Shown here in pieces: positions 9,798-17,554 of a stretch of DNA of 64,000 nt. The DNA is taken from NCBI GenBank assembly GCA_024680555.1, contig JAILCC010000019.1, forward strand, positions 166,049-230,048, given 5' to 3'. Under the pieces are notes generated by a model. That model saw only the letters and a list, made by a program, of their open reading frames with translations. It made no database searches and had not been told where the DNA came from. A program made the translations under genes and the position numbers. Each line of letters begins with the position of its first letter. Position 1 is the stretch's first letter. This DNA comes from a bacterium. Lineage in GTDB: Bacteria > Cyanobacteriota > Vampirovibrionia > Gastranaerophilales > JAILCC01.

Positions 9798-10427
9798 ATG
9801 TTTGGGAAAAAACAATTAAAAGAACTAAGTCATATTTGTGCATATTGTGGGAAAGCTCTTAAAGATAAAGATAAGACGCTAGACCATATTTTGCCACAAT
9901 GCGCCGGAGGTAAAAGTTATGCAAATAACATAGTTATTTGTTGCAGTAACTGCAATACAAGAAAAGGCAATCTGGATATAAACTCTTTTCTTTCAAATAG
10001 CGAACAGCGATTAGAAAACTTTGTCAATTACCTGAAGTTAATTGATATTCAACGTGGCAATAACAATTATTCTCAGGCGGTATTAAAGAAAATAAATAAT
10101 AGTCTGTACATAAAAGAGTACAAGTCAAAAAGGGATATACGAATTAAAGAAGAACAAAATATTGCTTACAATATCTATGGAACAGATGTTAATTTTAAGG
10201 TAAATGAAACTCAAATGAAAATATTGGATTATTATATAAAGAATCCGGAATTTACAAACTATAAAGAATTAGCACGAATACTTAATCTTAGTTATACGGA
10301 AATTAAAAATCATATTATACAGATAAACAATTTAACAGGAATATTTATTCTGAAAAATATTGGGAAAAACGGCATAAAGATGAATGAATTATTTTATCAT
10401 TATTTAAATGTAGAACAAGTTATTTAA
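9798..10427 (+). CDS. HNH endonuclease with C-terminal HTH-like domain
   Basis: CAYCG...LDHILPQCAGG...NNIVICCSNCNTRKG is a complete CxxC / DH / N / CxxC-N HNH motif set. The C-terminal part (FTNYKELARILNLSYTEIKNHI) looks like an HTH. Start taken at ATG 9798; an upstream in-frame ATG at 9735 lies inside the dyad motif. Confidence 0.8.
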   Translation: MFGKKQLKELSHICAYCGKALKDKDKTLDHILPQCAGGKSYANNIVICCSNCNTRKGNLDINSFLSNSEQRLENFVNYLKLIDIQRGNNNYSQAVLKKINNSLYIKEYKSKRDIRIKEEQNIAYNIYGTDVNFKVNETQMKILDYYIKNPEFTNYKELARILNLSYTEIKNHIIQINNLTGIFILKNIGKNGIKMNELFYHYLNVEQVI

Positions 10428-10488
10428 GTAATACTCTTTTCTGTCCAAAGAGGAGCGGAAGCCCTGTTGCAGCAGGGCTTCTACACTG

Positions 10489-10503
10489 TGTCCATTTTTG
10501 ACG
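10489..10503 (+). promoter_or_regulatory. Dyad motif copy 2, TGTCCATTTTTGACG
   Basis: Sits 48 nt upstream of the SprT-like gene start. It directly follows a 9-bp GC-rich hairpin (gaagccctg/cagggcttc, 10458-10481) that ends the HNH unit. Confidence 0.55.
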
Positions 10504-10550
10504 TAATAGTGTCTTATCATATTGGTATAAGTGCAAATGAGGTAACGAGT

Positions 10551-11132
10551 ATGGCAAAAATTATTGACTTGCAAAAATATCGCAAACAAAAAGAATCAAG
10601 CTTTTGGGTAGAAAATGTTGAAAATTTAATAGAAGGACATCTTAAATACAGATGTCCTTATTTAATTTATGAAATAGTTTATTCAAACTCAATGTATCAT
10701 AATTTGGGGTTATGTTCGTGTAAAACAAAAGGTAAATATAAATATGCAACCTTTAAATTTTCACGACCATTCTTTGAAGCATGTCAAAAAACTGGCAATT
10801 ACGACGACATGTGGGATACCGTCTTACATGAAATAGGACATGCCATCACCTATTATGCATACGGTGCAGGTCATGGACACGATAAAGTGTGGAAAAGCAT
10901 AATGATGATGTTGGGCGGAAGACCAGAAAAAAGTACTAATGCAGAATTTTTTAAGCCCTACAGGTATATTTACAAATGTCCTTATTGCGGAAATGAAACA
11001 AAAACTTTGCGAAAGTATATGAAGGGTGTCGCCTGCGGCAAATGCTGCAGAAACTACAACGGTGGTGCGTATTCTACCGAGTATATTTTAGACTTAATTT
11101 GTGATGAGGGAAAAGTAGTACAAAGTTGGTAA
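10551..11132 (+). CDS. SprT-like zinc metalloprotease with C-terminal zinc ribbon
   Basis: HEIGHAITYYAYGAGHGHDKVW (HExxH plus a downstream His) followed by CPYCG...CGKCC. Start at ATG 10551 with a GAGG RBS. Confidence 0.7.
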   Translation: MAKIIDLQKYRKQKESSFWVENVENLIEGHLKYRCPYLIYEIVYSNSMYHNLGLCSCKTKGKYKYATFKFSRPFFEACQKTGNYDDMWDTVLHEIGHAITYYAYGAGHGHDKVWKSIMMMLGGRPEKSTNAEFFKPYRYIYKCPYCGNETKTLRKYMKGVACGKCCRNYNGGAYSTEYILDLICDEGKVVQSW

Positions 11133-11210
11133 AAAATTCATGACAAGCTGCAAAATATTAAAAAAAACCGTTAACCTCATAAATAATAACTGTTTTAACA
11201 AGGAGAAATC

Positions 11211-11450
11211 ATGTTTGATATAGGTATTTTGCCTCAGCATAGAGAGCAGACAATTTTTATCCAAAAGCAGATTGAAAAATGCGTAAACACTATTCAAAAA
11301 AATCTGGAAGAAATAGCCAATATGGCTAACAAAAACGAAAAAGATATTTTGCAAGAAATAAATGCGGTTTTGGAAAGAAAAACAGATTATTTAAAAAAAG
11401 AACTTGAAGAAGTAAAACGATACTTATACGAAATTGAAAACAAGGAGTAA
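11211..11450 (+). CDS. Small coiled-coil hypothetical protein (79 aa)
   Basis: AAGGAG RBS 6 nt upstream. Charged helical sequence. Tightly packed with following ORFs. Confidence 0.55.
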   Translation: MFDIGILPQHREQTIFIQKQIEKCVNTIQKNLEEIANMANKNEKDILQEINAVLERKTDYLKKELEEVKRYLYEIENKE

Positions 11451-11452
11451 AA

Positions 11453-11728
11453 ATGTCAAAAGAAACAAAAAGTTTTGAACAGGAATTTGAGACCGAAAAA
11501 TATAACCACATGATTGCTATGGTTATTGTAGCTTTATTTCGTAAAAATGATGAGGGTATATATGATATTCCTTTTTTAAGAGGCAAATATCGGGATATTG
11601 AAGGAACAGCGTACGAAAAAGCAGAAAAAATAGCATACGATTTGTTTGAAAAAGACAAAAAATCATTTAGCGTATTTTATGAATACTGCTGGAAAATTCT
11701 TATGGACGAATACGATGATATCGAATAA
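11453..11728 (+). CDS. Small hypothetical protein (91 aa)
   Basis: AAGGAG RBS and a 2-nt gap from the previous ORF. Confidence 0.55.
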   Translation: MSKETKSFEQEFETEKYNHMIAMVIVALFRKNDEGIYDIPFLRGKYRDIEGTAYEKAEKIAYDLFEKDKKSFSVFYEYCWKILMDEYDDIE

Positions 11729-11743
11729 CAAAAAGGATATACT

Positions 11744-12361
11744 ATGACTAAAAAATTCTTAGTAATGTTATTTTTATTTGAATTTTTGGTTTGCGTAAAC
11801 TGCTTTGCTGACAGTAATGTCATATATAAAGACAGGGAACACGGCTACTATATTGACGGCAGGGGGCAAGTTCCGGAATATTCAAGAATAGAACCTCCAA
11901 ATCCCGATAAAATCCCGCAATTCCCAAGTGCAACAAGAACTGTTGTACCATTTGAGGGATATTATGATGTTAACGAACTCGGTATAAGACGAAATCCCAA
12001 TATGACACCATATATGCCAAATCATAATGCTTATTACTCTACAAGACCTGCACATCCTTATACAAAAGAAGAGTATGTGGAAGTTTGGTGCTCGGGTAAA
12101 AAGTTTGAAAACGGCATTGATTGTCAGTCTGAAAATTATGCAATAACTTTTGTCAGAGCAAATGAATGGACATTCGGCGTTATGAAAGCTCCTTTTAAAG
12201 CACGAAAATCAGGCAAGCAAACAGCAGTATTTGTTATGGTGGATGATTTAGGGTTAGATGCCGAAGCGATGCACGAAGTCAAAAAATGGGGCGAACTTTT
12301 TAATATGCCGATATTCTTTGGCACAATAGATGCATACATTCCGGGAGACTGGATAATATGA
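11744..12361 (+). CDS. Secreted hypothetical protein (205 aa)
   Basis: N-terminal signal peptide (KKFLVMLFLFEFLVCVNCFA-DS). AAAGGA RBS. The stop overlaps the next start (ATGA). Confidence 0.6.
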   Translation: MTKKFLVMLFLFEFLVCVNCFADSNVIYKDREHGYYIDGRGQVPEYSRIEPPNPDKIPQFPSATRTVVPFEGYYDVNELGIRRNPNMTPYMPNHNAYYSTRPAHPYTKEEYVEVWCSGKKFENGIDCQSENYAITFVRANEWTFGVMKAPFKARKSGKQTAVFVMVDDLGLDAEAMHEVKKWGELFNMPIFFGTIDAYIPGDWII

Positions 12362-12645
12362 TAAGATTTTTTCTTGCACTGATTTTAATAATCACTGATT
12401 TCGGAACAGCAGTAGCTTACGAAAACTATTTGCCGCCATTAAAAAATGCTGATATGTGGTTCACCCAGCCCCCAAAAGGGCAAAAAGCTCACGACAGCAA
12501 ATTTGAAATCATGCTCTGGCGTGCAGACAAATGGAGAACAAGCGAAACTTGGCGGTATTATCCCCACATAACAAGCAGATATTACAAAGACTGCAGCTTT
12601 TATAAATATGTTGACTGCAAGGATTTAAGATATTCTTCCTGCTGA
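12358..12645 (+). CDS. Secreted W/Y-rich hypothetical protein (95 aa)
   Basis: Signal peptide (MIRFFLALILIITDFGTAVA-YE). Translationally coupled by an ATGA overlap. Confidence 0.55.
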   Translation: MIRFFLALILIITDFGTAVAYENYLPPLKNADMWFTQPPKGQKAHDSKFEIMLWRADKWRTSETWRYYPHITSRYYKDCSFYKYVDCKDLRYSSC

Positions 12646-12753
12646 CAATGCAAAGATTATTTATACAATTTTGAACTAAGAAATTAGCACGCCCGTTTTT
12701 GTCGTACCAGTTTTTTATAATAAGAATGTAATCAGAAAAAAGAGGAAAATAAA

Positions 12754-12957
12754 ATGACTAAAATAATTGAAGAAGTAAAAGAAGACAAAAATGATAACGG
12801 ATATGTTGCATGGAATGAAAACAACGAAGCTTTTTTTATTCCGGCTGGAAATAGTGCCGTTCTTACAGTTTTAAGAGTGCTAAACGGAACAAAATTTAAT
12901 GTTATTGATTTAGACAAAGTTCCCAAAGATGCAATTATGCTGCTTCAAAAAATGTAA
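12754..12957 (+). CDS. Small hypothetical protein (67 aa)
   Basis: AGAGGA RBS. Preceded by a degenerate copy of the dyad motif (12690-12704). Confidence 0.5.
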   Translation: MTKIIEEVKEDKNDNGYVAWNENNEAFFIPAGNSAVLTVLRVLNGTKFNVIDLDKVPKDAIMLLQKM

Positions 12958-12968
12958 GGAGAAAAATT

Positions 12969-13355
12969 ATGACAAATGAAGAAAAAAGAAAGCAATTATT
13001 ACAACAGGAGCTAAGGTGCAATGAAATGCTTCTGAAAGTAATGTTAGAAGAAAGACTTATGAAATCAAAAGATTTTGAAGAAGAAATAGAACATTTAACA
13101 TCAAAACCGGAGTCACTCATGCTGCAAAGAGAAGAAGTTATAAAACAAATACCTTCTTACAACGAAGAAATATACAGAGAATACAAGAAAATCTTTATTC
13201 TTGATAATGAAATAAAAGAAAGAGAAAAAACGCTCAATAGATTGAAAGAATTTTACGCAAAGTGTCTTGCGGATAGTGAAAACAAAATCAAAATGCAAAA
13301 AGAAAAAATAGAAGAACTTCACAATAAAATATACGGAAGCGAAGTAAAACAATAA
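12969..13355 (+). CDS. Coiled-coil hypothetical protein (128 aa)
   Basis: AAGGAG RBS. K/E-rich heptad sequence. Confidence 0.55.
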   Translation: MTNEEKRKQLLQQELRCNEMLLKVMLEERLMKSKDFEEEIEHLTSKPESLMLQREEVIKQIPSYNEEIYREYKKIFILDNEIKEREKTLNRLKEFYAKCLADSENKIKMQKEKIEELHNKIYGSEVKQ

Positions 13356-13370
13356 AAAGGAGAACAAATT

Positions 13371-13574
13371 ATGACAATTCAAGTTGCAGTACAAAGAAGT
13401 TACGGAATTCAGCTTTATGGCGAACATGGTGCCATTATCGGCAGCATAGCCGCAGACGAAGCAGCAGGCGACAGACTGCTCGGGTTTACAAATTCAACCG
13501 TAACAGTTAAAAGAGGTTCATTTATAAATACCTATGACGAAGACGGAAATTTGATTTCGGGTATAGGAATATAA
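13371..13574 (+). CDS. Small hypothetical protein (67 aa)
   Basis: AAAGGAG RBS. Followed by a bidirectional terminator. Confidence 0.5.
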   Translation: MTIQVAVQRSYGIQLYGEHGAIIGSIAADEAAGDRLLGFTNSTVTVKRGSFINTYDEDGNLISGIGI

Positions 13575-13617
13575 GAAATAATCTTACCTCCTTTCATTTA
13601 TCTTAACTCTTTACAAG

Positions 13618-13647
13618 AAAACCTCTCAGAATAGAGAGGCTTTTTTA
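13618..13647. terminator. Bidirectional rho-independent terminator
   Basis: cctctc-agaata-gagagg hairpin flanked by an A-run (5') and T-run (3'). Lies between convergent ORFs ending at 13574 and 13648. Confidence 0.65.
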
Positions 13648-13821
13648 TTAGTAAAAATCATCTTCATAGTCATCGCAGAAATCATCATCAAATTCGTCAT
13701 CATAATAATCGTCCTCGCCACCATCGATAAAACCGCCATCTCCAGACGATGCAAAACTCAGAGATTCTTCTGCACACGCACCAACTGCCATAAGCAGCAT
13801 AAATGTAAGAAAAGAAAACAT
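13648..13821 (-). CDS. Small acidic putative lipoprotein (57 aa), absent from the supplied ORF track
   Basis: Translated by hand: MFSFLTFMLLMAVGACAEESLSFASSGDGGFIDGGEDDYYDDEFDDDFCDDYEDDFY*. AAGGAG RBS 7 nt upstream. Lipobox-like MAVGAC. Extremely D/E/Y-rich tail. Confidence 0.55.
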   Translation of the reverse strand: MFSFLTFMLLMAVGACAEESLSFASSGDGGFIDGGEDDYYDDEFDDDFCDDYEDDFY

Positions 13822-13870
13822 TTTTTACTCCTTATATAAGTTATTACATTTTTATAATAAAGCTTCATTA

Positions 13871-13885
13871 TGTCAAAAACGGACA
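13871..13885 (-). promoter_or_regulatory. Dyad motif copy 3 (inverted orientation), TGTCCGTTTTTGACA
   Basis: The reverse complement of tgtcaaaaacggaca matches copies 1 and 2 at 13 of 15 positions and is a perfect TGTC-N7-GACA palindrome. It lies 50 nt upstream of the small lipoprotein ORF. Confidence 0.5.
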
Positions 13886-13977
13886 TTATATTTTCCGAAA
13901 CTTGCTGCGTCCAAATATGATATACTTGTTTGCTCGTATATCAACATGTTATAATTGCAGGAGAAACGAGGGTAAGA

Positions 13978-14748
13978 ATGTCATTAAAACAAGAAACAAC
14001 CGGCGCTGTCTTAAATAAAATCATATTGCTAAGGAACAACAAAAAATTTGATGAAGCAATTGAACTTGCCCAAAAAGCTTTTCGCAATACAAAAAACAAT
14101 TGTTTTAATAACGAAATTTATAACTGTTTTGTTTTGCAAAATAAAACTTGTGATGCAATAAAAATTCTGACAAAAATGCTCAGATATGAACCGGAGAATT
14201 TACTTCTGCTAAAAAAACTTGCTCGCAGTTACTTTATATCGTGTGATTACAAAAATGCACTAAAGTATTATAAAAAAGTTTCCGAGCTTGAGCCTGCAAA
14301 TTCGGATAACCAATATGCAACAGGATTGGCATATCACTATTTGAATAACAGAAAAAAAGCGTATCAATATTATCGTAATGCATTGAATATAAACCCCAAA
14401 CATATTGCATCCATAAATAATATCGGACTTTTATACTATGAAGCAAAAGACTTTGAAAATGCGATAAAGGTATTTAAAACAGCAATAAATTATTCGCCCG
14501 ACTCGCCTGAAGCATACCACCATCTAGGGATTATTCAACGAATTTATGCAAACGATAATGAATTATCGGAATTGTACCTAAAAAAAGCAATAAGATTAGA
14601 TTCAAAGTACGCCGATAATTATTATCAACTTGCATTAACATACAATACCTGCGGCAAGCGGCAAGAAGCAATTGACGCCTTACAAAACTGCCTTAAACTC
14701 AGCCCCAAAAATCGTTCCGCAAAACAACTTCTTAAAAAAATATCCTAA
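13978..14748 (+). CDS. TPR-repeat protein
   Basis: Repeated 34-residue A-x-x-Y/F..AL...P patterns (ALKYYKKVSELEPAN, AYQYYRNALNINPKH, AIKVFKTAINYSPDS, AIDALQNCLKLSPKN). Start set at ATG 13978 after GGAG. Confidence 0.8.
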   Translation: MSLKQETTGAVLNKIILLRNNKKFDEAIELAQKAFRNTKNNCFNNEIYNCFVLQNKTCDAIKILTKMLRYEPENLLLLKKLARSYFISCDYKNALKYYKKVSELEPANSDNQYATGLAYHYLNNRKKAYQYYRNALNINPKHIASINNIGLLYYEAKDFENAIKVFKTAINYSPDSPEAYHHLGIIQRIYANDNELSELYLKKAIRLDSKYADNYYQLALTYNTCGKRQEAIDALQNCLKLSPKNRSAKQLLKKIS

Positions 14749-14754
14749 TAAAAC

Positions 14755-15783
14755 CTATACTTTCCCTGTTTTTTCCATTTCGTATAAACAAAACGGCTGA
14801 CTGTGAAGTTTACCTGTGTACGTTTCCGCTTTTTCACTGCAACCGCCACGGCAAATTCCACCATATTTGCACCCCTTGCAAATTCCTTGAAGCTCTGAAA
14901 TTTTAAATCTTCTGTTATACGCAAAATTATTGGGATTTTCCCAAATTTCTCTCAAGGATTGCTCCCGGATATTCCCCTCTATGTACTTTTTATCCTGCAT
15001 GGACAAGCACCCTTTTATGCCGCCGTCACTTTCTATGCCTATAGTATTCATGCCGGCATTGCAGCCATTCCAATGCTTCATACCCATATACGGAGTAAGT
15101 TTTGAAAAATACCCCATGCAATCTGCTTCCGTAATAATCAGTATATCTTCATATCTTGGTCTGTTTTTCGCAATAAATTCCGCCATACTATAATAATCTT
15201 TTTCATTAAGCGCCCATTCTTTCGGCATTCTTCCACGCACATTTGCGGTTTGAATTTGCCATATATCAACTCCGTGTTCCAACAACACGTTCTTTATTCC
15301 GTCAAGCTCCGATATATTACCTTTATGTATTGTAGAGACCACACCTATTTTAAAGCCCCGCTGTTTCATCCTGTCAAAAACCCACATCAAATGGTCAAAA
15401 ACTCCTTTTTTACCTCTTATATAATCATGAGTTTTTGCGTTTGCTCCGTCCAAGCTAAAGCCGACATATTTTGTTCCCAACTGCTCCAAAACATCCAGAA
15501 TGTCGTCATCAACCATATATCCGTTTGAAATGTACTGACAAGCCATCCCAAGAGTAACTATTCTGTGTGCCAAAATAGACCAGTCTTTTCTCATAAAAGG
15601 TTCTCCGCCCGAAAGCACAACCCTCTTGCACCCGATATCCGCTAATTGTTCAATGAGCCCCATGGCTTCTTCCGTAGAAAGTTCTTTAGGGCGCTTGTGT
15701 TTATCTGCGCCAGAACCGCAATGAAGACAGTGAATGTTACAACTTAGGGTTATCTCCCATACTGCATGTTTTAACATGTACAT
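14755..15783 (-). CDS. Radical SAM enzyme with C-terminal SPASM/twitch Cys-rich domain
   Basis: CNIHCLHC (Cx3Cx2C) near the N-terminus and a GGEPF SAM motif. C-terminal auxiliary-cluster cysteines are present (CNAG..., GCLS, CKGCKYGGICRGGC, FCLY). Confidence 0.8.
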   Translation of the reverse strand: MYMLKHAVWEITLSCNIHCLHCGSGADKHKRPKELSTEEAMGLIEQLADIGCKRVVLSGGEPFMRKDWSILAHRIVTLGMACQYISNGYMVDDDILDVLEQLGTKYVGFSLDGANAKTHDYIRGKKGVFDHLMWVFDRMKQRGFKIGVVSTIHKGNISELDGIKNVLLEHGVDIWQIQTANVRGRMPKEWALNEKDYYSMAEFIAKNRPRYEDILIITEADCMGYFSKLTPYMGMKHWNGCNAGMNTIGIESDGGIKGCLSMQDKKYIEGNIREQSLREIWENPNNFAYNRRFKISELQGICKGCKYGGICRGGCSEKAETYTGKLHSQPFCLYEMEKTGKV

Positions 15784-15938
15784 AACTTTATCCCTTTGCT
15801 TTTAATTAAAAGCTCATACAGGATAACAATGTATCACAAATATGTTTTATTTTGTATATTTGTATTAATATTTTGTTAAAGTATAATTTTGAGTATAATA
15901 TAGACAGTAAAGTTTTTTGCAAGCGGAATGATAGCATT

Positions 15939-17549
15939 ATGTCTAAAACACAAAAAGAAATAAAGAAAAGAAAAAGCAACAGAATAATATACGGCGGCGA
16001 TGGCGATGATATTCTCCGTGGCGGCGACGGAAATGACTACATTTTTGGCAAAAAAGGTAATGATACCCTTTATGGCGGCAACGGCAACGACGTTATCCGT
16101 GGCGGCAAGGGCAATGATGTCATTTTTGGTGAAAAAGGAAATGATACCCTTTACGGCGGTGATGGTAATGATATCATATATGGCGGAAAGGGAGATGATA
16201 CGCTATATGGCAAAGCCGGTGACGACAGCATATACGGAGGCAGCGGGAATGATGTCATCTTCGGGGGCAAAGGAAATGATTACATTTCAGGCGGCAAGGG
16301 GAATGACGTCATTTTAACGGGTAAAGGCGAAAATACCGTTGCTATTAACCATGGCGATGGTCACGATACAATTTATCACCAAGGAGAAAAAACTCTTTTA
16401 GACATTGAGGGCTTTAGCGAATTTCGCAGTGATATATCTTTCAGTAAAAAATATAATGACCTTGATATTATATATTCACAAACAGATACAACAAAAGAAA
16501 TTATTACCATTAAAGATTACTTTACCTCAGACGGAAAAGTTGCAAGCCGTGGAATATATATCAAAACAGATCCGGTAATGGTCGTAGCAATGTATGCGGT
16601 ACCTCCGATAAGTATTCCTCCGGTAGAAGAATACATAATTGAACAAGAATGTTTGAAATATGCACCGCCGCAATTTATGGGCTCCGGTGATGATATCGTA
16701 AATGTAGAAGCCGTTGACGGATTTCTCGTAATGGCAAAATACGCAATTCCGCCATTGGGAGATGATATACAAATAGGAACTTCGGAATCTGATAATACTT
16801 CGGATGATACCTCTTTATCGCAAGATAATGATACGCAGCTTGTATCTCCTGAAAAAATTATAGATATGCCTGTCCTTAAATATGCCATATACCCGATATA
16901 CGGTTACACAAGAAGTGAAGTTGAACTTTCAACTCTGCTTAACTTGAACGGTTTGACCATCAATGCCAATAAACCCGGAAAATATTACGGCACCGAATAC
17001 GATGACACTATTAAGGGCAGCAACGGTGCTGACAAAATTATTGCAGGTGATGGCGATGATAAAATCTATGCCAAAAAAGGAAATGACGTTATTAACGCAG
17101 GTGAAGGCACGAATATATTGTATTTCTCAAAAAATGATGGAAAAAATACAGTAATAAACGGCAACGGAACGGATATTTTAATCATTAAGAACGACAAATT
17201 CAGTAATCTGAAAGCCAAATTTTCCGGAAATAATGCAATTTTAAAATATACCGGCGGCGAAATAATTCTAAAAAATTACAAAAAGGGTAATCACAGTGCT
17301 AAATATATTCAAGTCGGAAACAAAAGAAAAGCAATAGACGATGTACTACCGGCATATAAAAAACCGACGGAAGAAATTATTTCGGATATAACAGCCTGCT
17401 CATCCGATACAAATCTTATAACATCAGAAATAGCCGGATGGACAGCAAACGATACAAATATAGCCGAAACCATAAACACGGCGGAAACAAATCCTGCCTC
17501 AATAGAAGCTATTCTCGGAACCAACAATCCCGATACAGGATGTTTATAA
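15939..17549 (+). CDS. RTX-type (hemolysin-type) calcium-binding repeat protein
   Basis: Start at ATG 15939 (MSKTQKEIKK). Twelve consecutive GGxGxDxUx nonapeptides, with a second short block (GSNGADKIIAGDGDDKIYAKKGNDVINAGEG). No N-terminal signal peptide. Confidence 0.85.
   Translation: MSKTQKEIKKRKSNRIIYGGDGDDILRGGDGNDYIFGKKGNDTLYGGNGNDVIRGGKGNDVIFGEKGNDTLYGGDGNDIIYGGKGDDTLYGKAGDDSIYGGSGNDVIFGGKGNDYISGGKGNDVILTGKGENTVAINHGDGHDTIYHQGEKTLLDIEGFSEFRSDISFSKKYNDLDIIYSQTDTTKEIITIKDYFTSDGKVASRGIYIKTDPVMVVAMYAVPPISIPPVEEYIIEQECLKYAPPQFMGSGDDIVNVEAVDGFLVMAKYAIPPLGDDIQIGTSESDNTSDDTSLSQDNDTQLVSPEKIIDMPVLKYAIYPIYGYTRSEVELSTLLNLNGLTINANKPGKYYGTEYDDTIKGSNGADKIIAGDGDDKIYAKKGNDVINAGEGTNILYFSKNDGKNTVINGNGTDILIIKNDKFSNLKAKFSGNNAILKYTGGEIILKNYKKGNHSAKYIQVGNKRKAIDDVLPAYKKPTEEIISDITACSSDTNLITSEIAGWTANDTNIAETINTAETNPASIEAILGTNNPDTGCL
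15993..16316 (+). repeat. Array of 12 tandem 27-nt units encoding RTX nonapeptides
   Basis: GGDGDDILR GGDGNDYIF GKKGNDTLY GGNGNDVIR ... GGKGNDVIL. This array generates the spurious alternate-frame ORF at 16000-16317. Confidence 0.85.
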
Positions 17550-17554
17550 ACAAA

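Larger units (their letters stand above)
8630..13900. mobile_element. Putative tmRNA-adjacent genomic island or degraded prophage/satellite-like element (no integrase seen)
   Basis: Compact block of short phage-like ORFs with strong RBSs, lying between ssrA and chromosomal genes. Contains a WYL regulator, HNH and SprT-like genes. A shared dyad motif sits at three transcription-unit heads. No recombinase or att repeat was detected. Confidence 0.45.

Noticed and set aside
13737-13745. ccatctcca, identical to the last 9 nt of the tmRNA, as a possible attR remnant.
   Set aside because: It is only 9 nt, lies inside the coding sequence of the small acidic ORF, and has no extended similarity to the ssrA 3' end. 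It is probably chance.
16000-16317. 105-aa ORF in an alternate frame inside the RTX gene.
   Set aside because: It coincides exactly with the 27-nt nonapeptide repeat array. The periodic sequence keeps a second frame open, so this is an artefact.
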